From UHGV virus genome UHGV-1365300: a stretch of DNA of 46,618 bases. One strand, 5' to 3'. This DNA comes from a virus. The notes below the pieces were generated by a model. It was given only the letters and a program-made list of their open reading frames with translations. It was not told the origin of the DNA and did no database searches. Every line of letters starts with the position of its first letter. Position 1 is the stretch's first letter. The position numbers and the translations under genes are program-made. Below are positions 1-10,978 of this stretch, piece after piece.

Positions 1-720
1 GGCTCGCTGTTCATCACTCACATCACGCACAACCTCCCACATGTTTTCAGGCGACCAGCAACACCAGACATGTGCGCCGGTAATCCGGTGTGCTCGCCAG
101 GCATCGAAGTAATCCGAAACCAGGTATGTCCATTCAGTCTTATCGCCGATGGGTGTCACTGCACCTCGCGTAAGTCTTCCGCGAGTGTACTCCTTGCTGA
201 AACCAGCGCGAAATGACACGCTTTCATCGTCTGCCATAAAAGCCACGTTGCATGGCGTCATGGTTCCAGCCATATAGAGCGGTATCGCCACCAGTTCACA
301 GGTTTTGCCGGTTATGGTGTCGCCTCCTGCTTTTTCCATGATGGCCGCCACTTCTGCCTCTGTCAGGTAGTCAGAAGCATGGTTGACCTTCGGAAGTTGC
401 TTTCTAATTGCCTCAAGTTTTTCGCGTGGGTGCATATTCAGAAATCCGGCCAATGCCTCCATTGACTCCGGAAACGTCATTCCTGACAGCTTCATTAGCC
501 AGGTGATTCCGCTGCCGTTTCCGCACTGGTTGCAGATGGCGCCGCCGTCACCTTTGTAGTCAAGGTGGTCATCAAATCTGAACCGATCATTGCCGCCACA
601 GCTCGGGCATGGCTGATGCTTGCCATTGAAAATTCTCATGTCGACATTAACTATCGACATGATGGCAGCCTGCCAGTTTCCTGCCATTAAAGGCTCTATA
701 TCCTTCCAGTCGTATCGCAT
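1..720 (-). CDS. DNA primase, N-terminal part (the rest runs off the left edge of the window); Zn-ribbon CPSCGGNDRFRFDD...CNQCG
   Basis: Reverse-strand ORF not in the track because it is truncated at the edge. ATG at 720..718, preceded by an in-frame stop and AAGG. Translation MRYDWKDIEPL...KHQPCPSCGGNDRFRFDDHLDYKGDGGAICNQCGNGSG is typical of phage primase zinc-binding domains. It is divergent from the helicase gene. Confidence 0.55.
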   Translation of the reverse strand, partial: MRYDWKDIEPLMAGNWQAAIMSIVNVDMRIFNGKHQPCPSCGGNDRFRFDDHLDYKGDGGAICNQCGNGSGITWLMKLSGMTFPESMEALAGFLNMHPREKLEAIRKQLPKVNHASDYLTEAEVAAIMEKAGGDTITGKTCELVAIPLYMAGTMTPCNVAFMADDESVSFRAGFSKEYTRGRLTRGAVTPIGDKTEWTYLVSDYFDAWRAHRITGAHVWCCWSPENMWEVVRDVSDEQRA

Positions 721-740
721 AATTTAACCTTGATTATTGC

Positions 741-773
741 CGTAGATTCAGTCTACTATTGTGACGTAGATTG
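741..773 (+). promoter_or_regulatory. Two tandem CGTAGATT elements (GCCGTAGATTC, GTGACGTAGATTG) in the divergent primase/helicase intergenic region
   Basis: Same core motif as the other + strand promoters. Confidence 0.45.
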
Positions 774-794
774 AGCAACACAAAGGTGGATGAA

Positions 795-2729
795 GTGCAA
801 AAAATTGATGCAATGATTGCTGAGCTGGATATGGATAAGCTGCGGGCCAGCATCCATACCGGGGAAATTGAACCGCGCCCCTATCAGTGGCTGGTATATG
901 AAAAGACAGCAGAGGTTATCCGCAAGTTTGGTAAGCAGCCAAAGCCAAGTTATGTTACCGCTTCAGTTGGCGCAGGTAAGACCATCATGATAGCCATGAT
1001 TGCCCGTCGGTTTCAGGATATGGGATGGGAAGGGTTAGTTATCGCGCGACAAGGCGAAATTATTGAGCAGGATGCTGAGGAGCTTTGGAACCTGAGCGTG
1101 AAAAACTCTTTGTTCAGCGCTTCACTTGGGCGTAAGGCGTATGCCTATCCGCTTATCGCGGGGACAGAGGGCACAATAATAAATGGCCTTTTTGATAAGA
1201 CGGCAAATGATGGCACAGTGACAAAATCTTTGCTTTCTGACTTTTCCCCGCGCTACATACTGGTTGATGAATGCCATCAGGTTAACTGGCAGGACATAAT
1301 ATCAGAGCAGCCAGAGACGCAGTACGGTGTCATCATGAATGAACTTAACCGGCGCTGTAAAGCGAAGTACGGTCATGAGGTGATTGTCATAGGATACACC
1401 GGCAGCCCATTCCGCGGCGTTGAGTCGATAAAGGGGGCTTACTGGAAACACGAAATCGTCAACATTAGCACGAAATACCTTGTCGATCTTGGTTTTCTTG
1501 TTCCTACCATCTTTGGTGGGCAGGATATCGAAGACCTGCAATATGATCTGCATGAGTTTGCCAGTAGTGACGTTGACGGCGTGCAGGACTTCACTGATAG
1601 CCAGCTAAAAGAGATGCAGGAAGAAATCCTCAAGCAGGGTACATTGACGCAAAAAATAATGCTCAAAGTCATGGAGCTTACGCGCGACAGGCTCGGTGTA
1701 CTCATTACCTGCGCCGGTAAAAAACATTGCAAGGAGGCTGCAAAATACTTACCAGAAGGCAGTTATTCTATTGTTACCGAGGATATGGGCCAGAAAGCCA
1801 GACGAAAAGCACTGAAAGATGCAGCCACCGGGCGTAAAAAATACACACTGCAAATCGGTTGCCTGACTACTGGCGTCAATATCCCATATTGGGACACATC
1901 TGTCATCCTGAGAAAAATTATGTCCCTGACGCTTCTGACGCAGTTGCTTGGCCGACCAATGCGCCTGTTGAAGCCTGACCAGATTGCCGCAGGTCTGGTG
2001 AAAGAAAACCATCTTTGCCTTGACTTCACCGGAACCATGTTCGAGTTGGGCGGTCTGTACGAAGACCCCATCCTTGAGGAAGCAGAAGCACAGCGCGCAA
2101 AACGCAGCGGAGAGCAGGTTCCATGCCCTAAATGCCAGACGATGAACAGCCCATATGCAAGGCGTTGCATCGGTAAAGACTCCACGTCTCAAGATGGCCG
2201 ATGCGAAGAATTTTTCAGCTTCATTCGCTGTGGTTTTGACAAGCACGGCATCCGTATTTTTGATGATGGTTGCGGCACAAAGAACGACCCGACAGCTCGT
2301 TATTGCCGTCAATGCGATCATGTTTTGCGTGACCCTAACGCGGCGCTTAATGAGCGTGCTTATACGGATAATGAATGGACTGAAGTCAAGGATTTCAAGA
2401 TTGAGCTAACGAAAGATGAGAAGGGTGTTGTTTATCGTTACTTCATCACGAAAGAAAACGGCAAAGATGGCTGGGCCAGTGAGGTGTTCTATCCATTTGG
2501 CAGGCAGGAGAAGTACCTTAAAAATCAGTTTAAGATTAAAGGATTACTAAACCACGTATCAGACAGGAATATGATTGATAACCTCATGAATTGCCACAGC
2601 GCAAAAGCATTCATGGCGTTCACTGGTCTTATCCGCGCACCTAAACGCATCACGCATCGTTTTAACGATAAAGGACGCGATATCATCCACCGCAAGGATT
2701 TCATAGGAGAACAAATTGAAGCAGCTTGA
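795..2729 (+). CDS. ATP-dependent SF2 (DEAD/DEAH-type) DNA helicase with C-terminal double zinc ribbon
   Basis: Walker A SVGAGKTIMIAM, motif II LVDECHQV. C-terminal Cys clusters CPKCQ...CIGKD, CEEFFSFIRCGF, CGTKNDPTARYCRQCDH. The track ORF opens at TTG 771. GTG 795 is preferred because AAGGTGG lies 5 nt upstream. Confidence 0.8.
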   Translation: MQKIDAMIAELDMDKLRASIHTGEIEPRPYQWLVYEKTAEVIRKFGKQPKPSYVTASVGAGKTIMIAMIARRFQDMGWEGLVIARQGEIIEQDAEELWNLSVKNSLFSASLGRKAYAYPLIAGTEGTIINGLFDKTANDGTVTKSLLSDFSPRYILVDECHQVNWQDIISEQPETQYGVIMNELNRRCKAKYGHEVIVIGYTGSPFRGVESIKGAYWKHEIVNISTKYLVDLGFLVPTIFGGQDIEDLQYDLHEFASSDVDGVQDFTDSQLKEMQEEILKQGTLTQKIMLKVMELTRDRLGVLITCAGKKHCKEAAKYLPEGSYSIVTEDMGQKARRKALKDAATGRKKYTLQIGCLTTGVNIPYWDTSVILRKIMSLTLLTQLLGRPMRLLKPDQIAAGLVKENHLCLDFTGTMFELGGLYEDPILEEAEAQRAKRSGEQVPCPKCQTMNSPYARRCIGKDSTSQDGRCEEFFSFIRCGFDKHGIRIFDDGCGTKNDPTARYCRQCDHVLRDPNAALNERAYTDNEWTEVKDFKIELTKDEKGVVYRYFITKENGKDGWASEVFYPFGRQEKYLKNQFKIKGLLNHVSDRNMIDNLMNCHSAKAFMAFTGLIRAPKRITHRFNDKGRDIIHRKDFIGEQIEAA

Positions 2730-3132
2730 TAGTGGAATATGGATATTTGATAGCGGCTATCGTGGGGAATGTCCGCTGGAAGGCACTGACCAGATGGCGT
2801 ATGGTCTGTGGATGCAGTACCGTTTTCCTGATGCTCTATGGTTTCATGTTCCTAACGAGACTGGAACAAAGAGCGGCCCTCAATTCGTCGAAAAACGCCG
2901 CAAGATGGGCGTCAGGAGCGGCGTAAGCGACAATTTGATACTAACCCACGGTGTTAATCATAAATGCGGCCTGATTGAACTGAAGAGGCGTGATAAGACA
3001 AAATCAAAAGTATCGCCATCGCAGATTGAGGTTCTGGAGTGCGCCATTGCAGAGGGTCACTTTGGCGCTATTGCTTATGGTCTTGAGGAGATAAAAAGAG
3101 CGACGTTATTCTATTTTGGGCTTGATGAATGA
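2716..3132 (+). CDS. VRR-NUC-like PD-(D/E)XK nuclease (TTG start, overlaps the helicase stop)
   Basis: 138 aa. Motifs FHVPNE..., GVSDNLIL..GLIELKRRDK fit the D...E.K nuclease core. GGAGA lies 5 nt before TTG 2716. The start codon is uncertain; the first in-frame ATG is 27 codons in. Confidence 0.55.
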   Translation: MKQLDSGIWIFDSGYRGECPLEGTDQMAYGLWMQYRFPDALWFHVPNETGTKSGPQFVEKRRKMGVRSGVSDNLILTHGVNHKCGLIELKRRDKTKSKVSPSQIEVLECAIAEGHFGAIAYGLEEIKRATLFYFGLDE

Positions 3133-3150
3133 CGTGGTTTGATGTAGATT
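3122..3150 (+). promoter_or_regulatory. Internal promoter TTGATG-17-TAGATT upstream of the exonuclease gene
   Basis: TTGATG 3122-3127, TAGATT 3145-3150. Confidence 0.45.
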
Positions 3151-3176
3151 GATTTAACAATAAAAAGAGGTGATGG

Positions 3177-4139
3177 ATGAAAGTTTATTTAAACAACGAA
3201 CTCAGCAACGAGAAGTACCACGCTGACACAGAGCACATCAACGGCTCTGGCCTGTGGAACATATATGATCGCTGCCCTGCAGCCTGGCGCTACAAAGACG
3301 AAGACGAAGAAGATGAGCAGTCAAAGGCTCTGATATTTGGTACTGGTAGCCATACCGCTCTGCTTGAGCCTGAGCGCTTCAAAGCAGAGTATGCCCGCAT
3401 GCCAGTTGTCGAAGATTTTCCAAAAGACAAAGATGGCAATCGCACGGTGCTGGTGACAGCTTCCGACATGAACTCATGGGCGAAAGAGCGCGGCATCAAG
3501 GGTCTTTCAGGTAAGACTAAAGCCGAAGTGATTAAAATTATTCAGGCCACTGGCGAGACAGTGCAGATTTACGATGTTATCCGTGAAGAAGCAGAGAAGG
3601 CCGCTACTGGTAAATCAATGCTGGAAGGAAATGATTATGACGCCATCATGCAGATGCGCGCCGTAATCCATGCAAACAGCTATTACAGCAGCCTGCTTTC
3701 TGGTGCTTATTCCGAGGTGTCAATTCTCGGTCAGTTGCTTGGCGAACCATCAAAGGTGCGCTTTGACTGCCTTACTCGCGGTGGCGACATCATCGACTAC
3801 AAAACAGCGGTGAGCGCAAAGCCTGATGAGTTTTTCCGCCATGCAGCGCGGCTCGGGTACTTTATGAAGATGGCTATGCAGCATGACATGTTTGTCGAGG
3901 CTTATGGGCATGCTCCTCGCTCGGTAAACCTCCTGGTGCAGGAGAAAAAATCGCCATTCATCCCTGCGTTAATTCGCCTGACGGATGAACAGTTACGCAT
4001 TGGTCGCATTCAGCTGCGCAGCGCGATGGAAATCTATAAGGCATGCAAAAAAGCCAATTCATGGCCCGGCTACTCAATGGGGAATCCGGTCATCGAAATG
4101 GAAACGCCAGAATGGTTCAAAAAGCAATTTAACCTGTAA
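3177..4139 (+). CDS. Recombination exonuclease, PD-(D/E)XK (RecB/Cas4-like, DYKT motif)
   Basis: 320 aa with ...VRFDCLTRGGDIIDYKTAVS. Strong RBS AGAGGTG 4-5 nt upstream. Position (before ERF and SSB) matches T1/lambda-type recombination modules. Confidence 0.7.
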   Translation: MKVYLNNELSNEKYHADTEHINGSGLWNIYDRCPAAWRYKDEDEEDEQSKALIFGTGSHTALLEPERFKAEYARMPVVEDFPKDKDGNRTVLVTASDMNSWAKERGIKGLSGKTKAEVIKIIQATGETVQIYDVIREEAEKAATGKSMLEGNDYDAIMQMRAVIHANSYYSSLLSGAYSEVSILGQLLGEPSKVRFDCLTRGGDIIDYKTAVSAKPDEFFRHAARLGYFMKMAMQHDMFVEAYGHAPRSVNLLVQEKKSPFIPALIRLTDEQLRIGRIQLRSAMEIYKACKKANSWPGYSMGNPVIEMETPEWFKKQFNL

Positions 4140-4162
4140 TTTATAGTAAATGAGGTGAAGTG

Positions 4163-4822
4163 ATGAAATTTTCAGAACAGAAAGCAAACCTAATTAAGGC
4201 TCTTGTAGAAGCGCGCAAGGTAATGAGTAGCAGCGCTAAAAAGAACGCGCAAAACCCGCACCTTAAAAGCAACTATGCTAACCTTGAGTCATTCCTGAAT
4301 GCCATCAGGCCAGCGCTTGAGGCTAACGGTCTTATCATCATCCAGAATGCCATTGAGAGCGATACGGTTGATGTTTTGAAGCTGGAAACAACAATCATGC
4401 ATGAGTCTGGTGAATACATGTCTTCAGTCATGCCGATGCCGGTTGCCAAGAAAGACGCGCAGGGTTATGGCTCCGCAATGACGTATGCTCGGCGTTATTC
4501 TATCGCATCGATGTTTGGTATTGCCCAGGCCGATGACGATGGCAATGCGGCGCGCAAGTCTCCTAAAGATGCAGCTTCCCTCATTCGTTCGGCAGCAAAC
4601 ATGGATGAGCTTACTGCCATTTATGGTGAAGAATACAAATCATTTCGTGGTGATGACGCTGCCACTCGCGTAATCGTCGGAGCATACCAGGAAATGAAAG
4701 CGAAATTCATTGCTGGCGGCAGTGATTTCAACCCGGCCAAACTCCAGAAAGCAGATGCGCCTGCGTCATCTGCAAACGAAGAGAAGCCATCAACATCTCA
4801 ACAGAACATCGAAAACTTTTAA
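4163..4822 (+). CDS. erf: ERF-family single-strand annealing protein
   Basis: N-terminal KANLIKALVEARKVM...NPHLKSNYANLESFLNAIRPALEANGL is the ERF signature. RBS GAGGTG 4 nt before ATG 4163. The track start at 4160 is GTG and sits too close to the SD. Confidence 0.7.
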   Translation: MKFSEQKANLIKALVEARKVMSSSAKKNAQNPHLKSNYANLESFLNAIRPALEANGLIIIQNAIESDTVDVLKLETTIMHESGEYMSSVMPMPVAKKDAQGYGSAMTYARRYSIASMFGIAQADDDGNAARKSPKDAASLIRSAANMDELTAIYGEEYKSFRGDDAATRVIVGAYQEMKAKFIAGGSDFNPAKLQKADAPASSANEEKPSTSQQNIENF

Positions 4823-4831
4823 GGGTAAATT

Positions 4832-5329
4832 ATGGCATCTCGCGGAATCAACAAAGTAATCATTTTGGGCACGCTCGGCCAAGACCCGGAAGTTAAATAT
4901 ATGCCATCTGGCGGCACTGTGTGCAATCTGTCTCTGGCAACATCAGAGCAGTGGAGCGATAAAGCAACAGGGGAAAAGAAAGAGCAGACAGAATGGCATC
5001 GCGTGGTTATCTTCGGAAAGCTGGCTGAAGTAGCTGGCGAATACCTCCGCAAAGGTTCTCAGGTATATGTAGAGGGTAAATTACGCACTCGCAAATGGAC
5101 AGATCAAAGCGGTGTTGAAAAATACACTACTGAAATTGTCTTGCAGCCAGTGAACGGCGTTATGCAAATGATTGGTGGTAAATCAAGTGATAATGGAAAC
5201 CAACAATCACAACAACGGCAACAGTCAGGAAGTAATCAGCAATCAGGATGGGGCAAACCTCAGCAACCATCAAAGACGTCAAAACCACCGGCAAACGAGC
5301 CGACGATGGACGATGACATTCCATTTTAA
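4832..5329 (+). CDS. ssb: Single-stranded DNA-binding protein (OB fold, acidic tail DDDIPF)
   Basis: [28 protein letters not shown]..., Gln/Gly-rich linker, C-terminal MDDDIPF. Unmistakable SSB. Confidence 0.95.
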   Translation: MASRGINKVIILGTLGQDPEVKYMPSGGTVCNLSLATSEQWSDKATGEKKEQTEWHRVVIFGKLAEVAGEYLRKGSQVYVEGKLRTRKWTDQSGVEKYTTEIVLQPVNGVMQMIGGKSSDNGNQQSQQRQQSGSNQQSGWGKPQQPSKTSKPPANEPTMDDDIPF

Positions 5330-5335
5330 TGAAGA

Positions 5336-5360
5336 AAGGGCCGAAAGGCCCTTTATATTA
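5336..5360. terminator. Bidirectional intrinsic terminator between ssb (+) and the tailspike gene (-)
   Basis: GGGCC-GAAA-GGCCC hairpin with an A-run before and TTTATATT after. Confidence 0.7.
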
Positions 5361-7451
5361 AACAGCTGTGCCAGTAGCATCTACCCATCCAGAGTTATTC
5401 GCATTCCGCCATATTGGCTTATTAAGTGTTGTATCAAAATATTGCATACCGATAACCGCTGTTGAACTTGGTCTGGCAGCGGTTGCCCCTGATAAAACAC
5501 GTATAACATCTCCAACTTCTCGCCAGATATTTGTTGCCGTCTTAATGAATCTGTATACCTGACCTACCCTCATAGTTTTATCAGCATGATCTGCCAGATT
5601 GTTAACTAAAAATGATGAGCTATTAACAAGCGTAACAGTAGCTGATGCGTTTAGATAAATATCTACCTGCTGGCCTATCATGCCCCCATCTAGTCCGGTT
5701 ATTTGACTTAATGATGTAGTATTTATAGCGATGACACTAACCCCATCTACGTTAGGGGTTGTCGTAGCGTTACTAGTTACAGATAATCTACCTATTGTTG
5801 GAGTGTACTGTAACCCATACGTAGGCGGAGAGTTTATCCACCCTAATGAATGCCCATATGAAAAGCATTGATCAACCCATGGCTTTAACCTTAATGAAAG
5901 ATAGTCTACAACAGCAAAATCATATCCGTATTTATGTAAGCGTTGCTGACCTGTACCATCTACCGGTGCGTTATCTGTCCACGCCAAGCAGTTGGAAGCC
6001 ATTATGCGAGTTGCCCCTGGTAACGCTTCAAAACCTGAATATAATCCATCCCCAGTGCGTGAGTTGTTATATGAATGGCATGTATCCATCATTACGCCGT
6101 TAATGAGGTATCCAGGGCCAACGTTGTTATCCGCTCGGCATCCCCACATTTTATGATGAACTGAACTAGCGCTAATATATATCCCTGTTTCAGATATCTC
6201 TCCCATTAGTGCAGAGACATAATGGTTATTACCGGCTATTTTTATACCGCAGATATACGGTGCAGCATTCGTTATTGAATTAAGGCCTTTTACCTGTGCG
6301 TTTCCCTCCAATCTGTGTATCTGGCAGTCTGACGCCCCAGATATCTCGATTGTACCAACATAATCTGTTCTTACCCTGTTTTTTAGACATTCGTTAGCAA
6401 TGAGGTCTTCAAAAAGTCCAATGTTTCCGCTTGCTTCCAGCCCCTGGTCCTGAAAACCGTAAAAACTACAAGACTTAACGCATATTTCAGGGCCACGAAG
6501 GCGAACACCGCCTGTGCTATTGGTGGCGTCTTTCGCGTCAAAATCTATACCAATTATGCCAAAGCTACGGGAAGTAACATCAGATTGTGATGCGGTTGCC
6601 GATGATATAATCCAGTCGTTAGCAAAGTTTCTGAATCTCGTAGACCCAGGGTTAGACGATACTGAAAAAGCCCACGGCATAGCACGTCGAACGGAGGGCC
6701 CTCTTGCGCCAACCAATATAACATTAGGTTTTGTTTTGACATTTAAATAATATTGACCAGCAGGGCAATGTATGGTTGCACCACCCATCGTATTTGCTGA
6801 ATCAATCGCCGCCTGCACGTAAGATGACAGGTCTTCTGTGCTGGTGAAATTAACAATAGCATCATGTTTTGCCGCAGGTATAAAATCAAAGAGATTCAAC
6901 ACCGTACTCAATCTTGAATGTAGCGAATAAGCTAAAGTACCTGAGTTACCTTGCTTGTAATATACTAATTCAGAACCGTTTTCAGAAGAAAGTTCCTGCC
7001 TCAAATTAGCATCGCCAACGCTTACAAGATGAGTCACGTCTACCGCCCAAGAGGTGTTATCAACACCAGTTGTTGTATATGGTGGATTGGTGGCTGCATT
7101 CAAACGCCAGAACTCATTCTGATAACGAATGATCTGGTTGCGAGCGGTAATTGTATATGGTCCATTTTCATAATCTCCTAAAAACTGATAACCAGAGTTT
7201 AAGAGGAACTGCTGAAAGTCAGAGTTTTGTTGGTTAAACTGTTCCAGCCAGTCATCAGCCTGCTGAGTCATCTGGTCTTGAAACTGGTTATTCCTGCCGG
7301 TATTCGTCAGCCTCTGCACGCCGAATCGGTCGGCGTAGTAATCAGCGCTGCCATTAACTTCTTCATCAATCTTCCCGGCGTTAAACTTCAGGTCGCGCGG
7401 GTCTTCAGAAGGAATTGGATTGTTAGTTGGGGTAGTAGCCATCGGCTGCAA
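5358..7451 (-). CDS. Tailspike/tail fibre with right-handed beta-helix (pectate-lyase-like) domain; probable receptor-binding depolymerase
   Basis: 697 aa. N-terminal Q/N-rich anchor region. The middle is rich in repeated G/N/S/T motifs (IGIDFDAKDATNSTGGVRLRG..., CRADNNVGPGYLINGVMMDTCHSYNNSRTG) typical of beta-helix spikes. Lies just downstream of the J-like gene. Confidence 0.6.
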   Translation of the reverse strand: MQPMATTPTNNPIPSEDPRDLKFNAGKIDEEVNGSADYYADRFGVQRLTNTGRNNQFQDQMTQQADDWLEQFNQQNSDFQQFLLNSGYQFLGDYENGPYTITARNQIIRYQNEFWRLNAATNPPYTTTGVDNTSWAVDVTHLVSVGDANLRQELSSENGSELVYYKQGNSGTLAYSLHSRLSTVLNLFDFIPAAKHDAIVNFTSTEDLSSYVQAAIDSANTMGGATIHCPAGQYYLNVKTKPNVILVGARGPSVRRAMPWAFSVSSNPGSTRFRNFANDWIISSATASQSDVTSRSFGIIGIDFDAKDATNSTGGVRLRGPEICVKSCSFYGFQDQGLEASGNIGLFEDLIANECLKNRVRTDYVGTIEISGASDCQIHRLEGNAQVKGLNSITNAAPYICGIKIAGNNHYVSALMGEISETGIYISASSVHHKMWGCRADNNVGPGYLINGVMMDTCHSYNNSRTGDGLYSGFEALPGATRIMASNCLAWTDNAPVDGTGQQRLHKYGYDFAVVDYLSLRLKPWVDQCFSYGHSLGWINSPPTYGLQYTPTIGRLSVTSNATTTPNVDGVSVIAINTTSLSQITGLDGGMIGQQVDIYLNASATVTLVNSSSFLVNNLADHADKTMRVGQVYRFIKTATNIWREVGDVIRVLSGATAARPSSTAVIGMQYFDTTLNKPIWRNANNSGWVDATGTAV

Positions 7452-7480
7452 TCTCCGTAATCATTAATTGCCCTATTGTA

Positions 7481-9961
7481 TCATGCAACAGGGTTGGTGT
7501 AGGCGTACATGGCGTCATTGTATTCAGTTACTGTGAGAGAAACTGTGCCATCTGTACCTGGAGTTTTCTGGCTGACTGTCCATAATGTTGAGTCAAGCTC
7601 AACCTCTGTTGAGATGGCATATCTTGATTCTGACTGAACATTAACACCATCAAAAATGTTTAGCTCGAAGTCAGATGGTAATGCGCATTCGAATGTATTC
7701 AATCCAGTAACGGTACAAGCGAGACGCTCTGACACATTCCCATTGGCGCCAGTGATGACCACAAACAGGCCGCTTCCTGCCGTGAGCTGTTCACTGGTGG
7801 TAAATACGTTTCCAGACCTTGAACGGATAACGCCAGTCTGCTGCACTGAATCATAAATGTCGACAACAGAAATCATATCGCCAACGTTCACCCACTCGCC
7901 ATCAGCAAGCGCTTTTATCTCCATTCCGCGACGTGAGTACATCAGGCGATTGCATTCAAGCATGGCCCGGTCTGTTGCCTGATACAGGTTTCGAACATAT
8001 AGCATGTCGAATTTTTTCGGCTTAGTTGGCTCTCCAGGCTCTATACCGGAAGTGCCAACTTTATAATAAACGTAAGCCTGTTTGTTTGTGTTTGGGTCGC
8101 GGTACTGAATACTTACGCCATCATATGAGCCTGGCAAAGTCATGTCATAAGACATTTTATAGCCATCGGCCTGCGTGTTTCTGGTATTAAACACAGTTTC
8201 AGGGGCTGATTTTTGCTCATCTCTTGAGAAAGACAAGACGCCATCATCCCAAAATACAGTTACGCGAGCGGCATCACAGATGGTCTGGATTCGCTCACCA
8301 ATGGACTTATCCTCATCGTCAAAGGTGTAATCAAAGTACCCAAGGCGCTCATCAGGCAGCGCATCAGCTATTTCATAGAGCCTTCCCACGTCAATGGTGC
8401 TTTCAGGCTGACCAGCAGTAATAAGCCAGTTATGCAGCACTGAATCTGCAAAACTTCTTGATGGCGTTAACGTATAGTCGACTGTCCCGGTTGTTCTGTT
8501 ATATCCGATAGTCCAGCGGGTGATCAGCGCATTATATTTGCGCTCAGTAACTGACGTGGGCTGAAGCGTGGCCTTCACTGTCACTTTAACAAGGGTGTCA
8601 TCAGGATAAACTACATTCTCGCGGATGTTGATGGCGTGCGCCGCCTGCAACGTTACGCGGTTACCAGAGTTTGAGTTGTTTGTCCTTTCAATGCTGATGG
8701 CATACTTAGCCAGACCATAAGCAGGAGTTAACTTATACGTGCGATAATAGGTTTTTGTTGTCTGATTAAATGGGTTGTCAATACTGTCTGCGAGCTGCTC
8801 CTCAGTTCCTGGGATGGCATCCCCATTATCATCAACCGCCCATACCTTGATCAGATAATCTGCCGTGCCACTGGTAGGCCCAAGCTCAGACTGAACGTGA
8901 ACCCATACCTGCGTCGACTCCACGGCTCCAACATATGGTCCAACAACAAGCGCCTCATTATCCACAATCTGGAAATAAGTATTGTTGATGGTTGCGCCGC
9001 TCAGGTTGCCAAGATTTGCGCCAGTCAGGTTATTGAAGGTGAAATTATAAAAATACTGAATATCAGGAATGACGCCTGTCTCAGTTTCCTCAGCTGAAAT
9101 GATGTTGCCACTAAGCTGGATATTTTCAGTAACTGGCCCGGATGTCGAGTTGTAGGTAATATTTATTGTTAATGACACGGAGTGAGGCAAAGACAGCCCC
9201 ATAAAGTAATCGAAATCAGTGTTTTTTGGTATGACCATTAACAGCTGACCGCCAGCATAATCTCCACTTGTAACAGATGTCGTGGTTGCCGTCTCTATCG
9301 GGGTATCTTCCGATTCGTTAAGCCCTGGTACCTCCTGCCCATCAAGCCCGTCAAACTGGTAGGGCTCAATGATTTGTCCGATAACATCGCCTGGATTGTA
9401 GATGACATGGGTGGCGCCGGGTAGAGACCCGAGGTTTGTTTCTGCATATCTAACCGATGAAATGGTGTATTTCCCAAGGCCAAAGTTCATGAACTCAGTG
9501 ACATACTTCAGATCGTCAATGTATTCAAAAAGCGATTCCTGAATCAGGTCAGGGAATGCCCTTATCTGACCGAAGTTGTCAGGTCTTGCCTCTCCATTTC
9601 GCGCAATATTGGTTTGCGATTTCAGGCTGTTATTGGGTGATTCAACCGTCGTACCAGTGCTGGTTGATGGCGTTGATGCTTTTGGAAGCAGGAAAGAAAG
9701 AACCTTAGTTACAGGCTTGAGTATCGTGCTGATAAGGTCGCCAATGGCGCCGCGAGGCTGACAGTAAATGTTAACAATATCGTTTTGCTTTAACGATATC
9801 GATAATTCATCATCAGGGCCAAAAATGCGGCCATTCAGTGCAATCCTGATATCAGATGGAAGGCCGGAATTCTCCAGCCATCTCCACAGATTAGTGCCAG
9901 CCGGAACATTACCCGTCTCTTTTGGAACACCTGGCATCTTCTGAATATGAATAACCGGCAT
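7481..9961 (-). CDS. Central tail fibre/host-specificity protein (lambda gpJ-like) with an N-terminal gpI-like (ubiquitin-like) module
   Basis: 826 aa. First ~95 aa ([10 protein letters not shown]...[32 protein letters not shown], then a hydrophobic [18 protein letters not shown]) resemble tail assembly protein I. The C-terminal half has J-like segments ([21 protein letters not shown]..., [14 protein letters not shown]). Sits after the K-like and L-like genes. Confidence 0.65.
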   Translation of the reverse strand: MPVIHIQKMPGVPKETGNVPAGTNLWRWLENSGLPSDIRIALNGRIFGPDDELSISLKQNDIVNIYCQPRGAIGDLISTILKPVTKVLSFLLPKASTPSTSTGTTVESPNNSLKSQTNIARNGEARPDNFGQIRAFPDLIQESLFEYIDDLKYVTEFMNFGLGKYTISSVRYAETNLGSLPGATHVIYNPGDVIGQIIEPYQFDGLDGQEVPGLNESEDTPIETATTTSVTSGDYAGGQLLMVIPKNTDFDYFMGLSLPHSVSLTINITYNSTSGPVTENIQLSGNIISAEETETGVIPDIQYFYNFTFNNLTGANLGNLSGATINNTYFQIVDNEALVVGPYVGAVESTQVWVHVQSELGPTSGTADYLIKVWAVDDNGDAIPGTEEQLADSIDNPFNQTTKTYYRTYKLTPAYGLAKYAISIERTNNSNSGNRVTLQAAHAINIRENVVYPDDTLVKVTVKATLQPTSVTERKYNALITRWTIGYNRTTGTVDYTLTPSRSFADSVLHNWLITAGQPESTIDVGRLYEIADALPDERLGYFDYTFDDEDKSIGERIQTICDAARVTVFWDDGVLSFSRDEQKSAPETVFNTRNTQADGYKMSYDMTLPGSYDGVSIQYRDPNTNKQAYVYYKVGTSGIEPGEPTKPKKFDMLYVRNLYQATDRAMLECNRLMYSRRGMEIKALADGEWVNVGDMISVVDIYDSVQQTGVIRSRSGNVFTTSEQLTAGSGLFVVITGANGNVSERLACTVTGLNTFECALPSDFELNIFDGVNVQSESRYAISTEVELDSTLWTVSQKTPGTDGTVSLTVTEYNDAMYAYTNPVA

Positions 9962-10388
9962 AAGTCAGGAACCTTAATTTTGTTGATAATTTTTCGAGTG
10001 TTTTAAGGCGGTCAGTCTTGACTGCCGTTTTCTCTCGCGCATGCAGTATTTTATCACGACCCCACCATAGCGCGACATGTACCGGATGACTCCCACGATA
10101 GGCAACCACCACATCGCCAATTTTTGGATGATCGGTGTCTTTCCAGAATGAAACTTCTCCATTGAAACAAGTGACAAAATCGCCGCCATTTGAATATGAA
10201 TCATCATGATGGACATTAACATTCATGCACAGGCGATAGAACAGCACTACCAGACCCCAGCAGTCAACTGCATCAACGTGACAGCATCTGTCAACGTATG
10301 GCTTGCCGGTCATCATACATTCAAAATCGTCAAACGGTACGCAATCCGGGGAATTCTGTGATGTCATAAAGTTTTGCCACGTTACCAT
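9909..10388 (-). CDS. Tail assembly protein, lambda gpK-like (NlpC/P60 + MPN)
   Basis: 159 aa with C...[16 protein letters not shown] and [17 protein letters not shown]. Overlaps the upstream L-like gene as in lambda. Confidence 0.65.
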   Translation of the reverse strand: MVTWQNFMTSQNSPDCVPFDDFECMMTGKPYVDRCCHVDAVDCWGLVVLFYRLCMNVNVHHDDSYSNGGDFVTCFNGEVSFWKDTDHPKIGDVVVAYRGSHPVHVALWWGRDKILHAREKTAVKTDRLKTLEKLSTKLRFLTYAGYSYSEDARCSKRDG

Positions 10389-10800
10389 TGATTGGGTTTT
10401 TTATAGAAATGGAGACAGTTACATCAGACTGATCAAGCGTCACATCGTTCACATAAAGCGTATATGGTTTTAATGGTGTGTCTTTGTCAGTCTCGTCAAA
10501 ACGCTGGTATAACGCAGTGATAGGCTCAATGCGTCCAGAACCTGACCATAACTTTAAATATTGCTTAAAGTCATTAGCCAGTCTTGCAAACTTCAGCGTG
10601 GCATTGATTACCGGCGTGTTTGATTGCTGGCTTCTGGTTACATCCATACGCACTGGCTGGTAAGTCTGACCACCAAGCACAACATCAGAAAACTCATTGC
10701 CAACAAGTCTGACATAACCAAATGAAGAGTGATAAAAGGTTATGGTGTCATACAGCTTCCAGTTTGGCCTTTTTGACTGGTATTCACGCAATGTTGGCAT
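10330..10800 (-). CDS. Minor tail protein (gpL-like by position)
   Basis: 156-aa ORF between the M-like and K-like genes. Assigned from synteny only. Confidence 0.4.
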   Translation of the reverse strand: MPTLREYQSKRPNWKLYDTITFYHSSFGYVRLVGNEFSDVVLGGQTYQPVRMDVTRSQQSNTPVINATLKFARLANDFKQYLKLWSGSGRIEPITALYQRFDETDKDTPLKPYTLYVNDVTLDQSDVTVSISIKNPINGNVAKLYDITEFPGLRTV

Positions 10801-10978
10801 TATGGATACTCCTGAAGAAATCTTGAGATACTGATGTATATATCATACACTACTCATGTCGCATAGGCGTGGAACCCGAAACGGCAAGCAAGCAACAATA
10901 AATTTAACGCCCTTGCCAGTATGGTTTTGTTGCAACCATGTTCCACCTGGCAGGGGCGTTACTTTTTTGGAGATAGCC

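Noticed and set aside
1302-2409. Several 80-190-aa ORFs on both strands inside the helicase gene
   Set aside because: All are nested in the helicase reading frame region, have low-complexity Cys/Ser/Arg-rich translations and lack ribosome binding sites.
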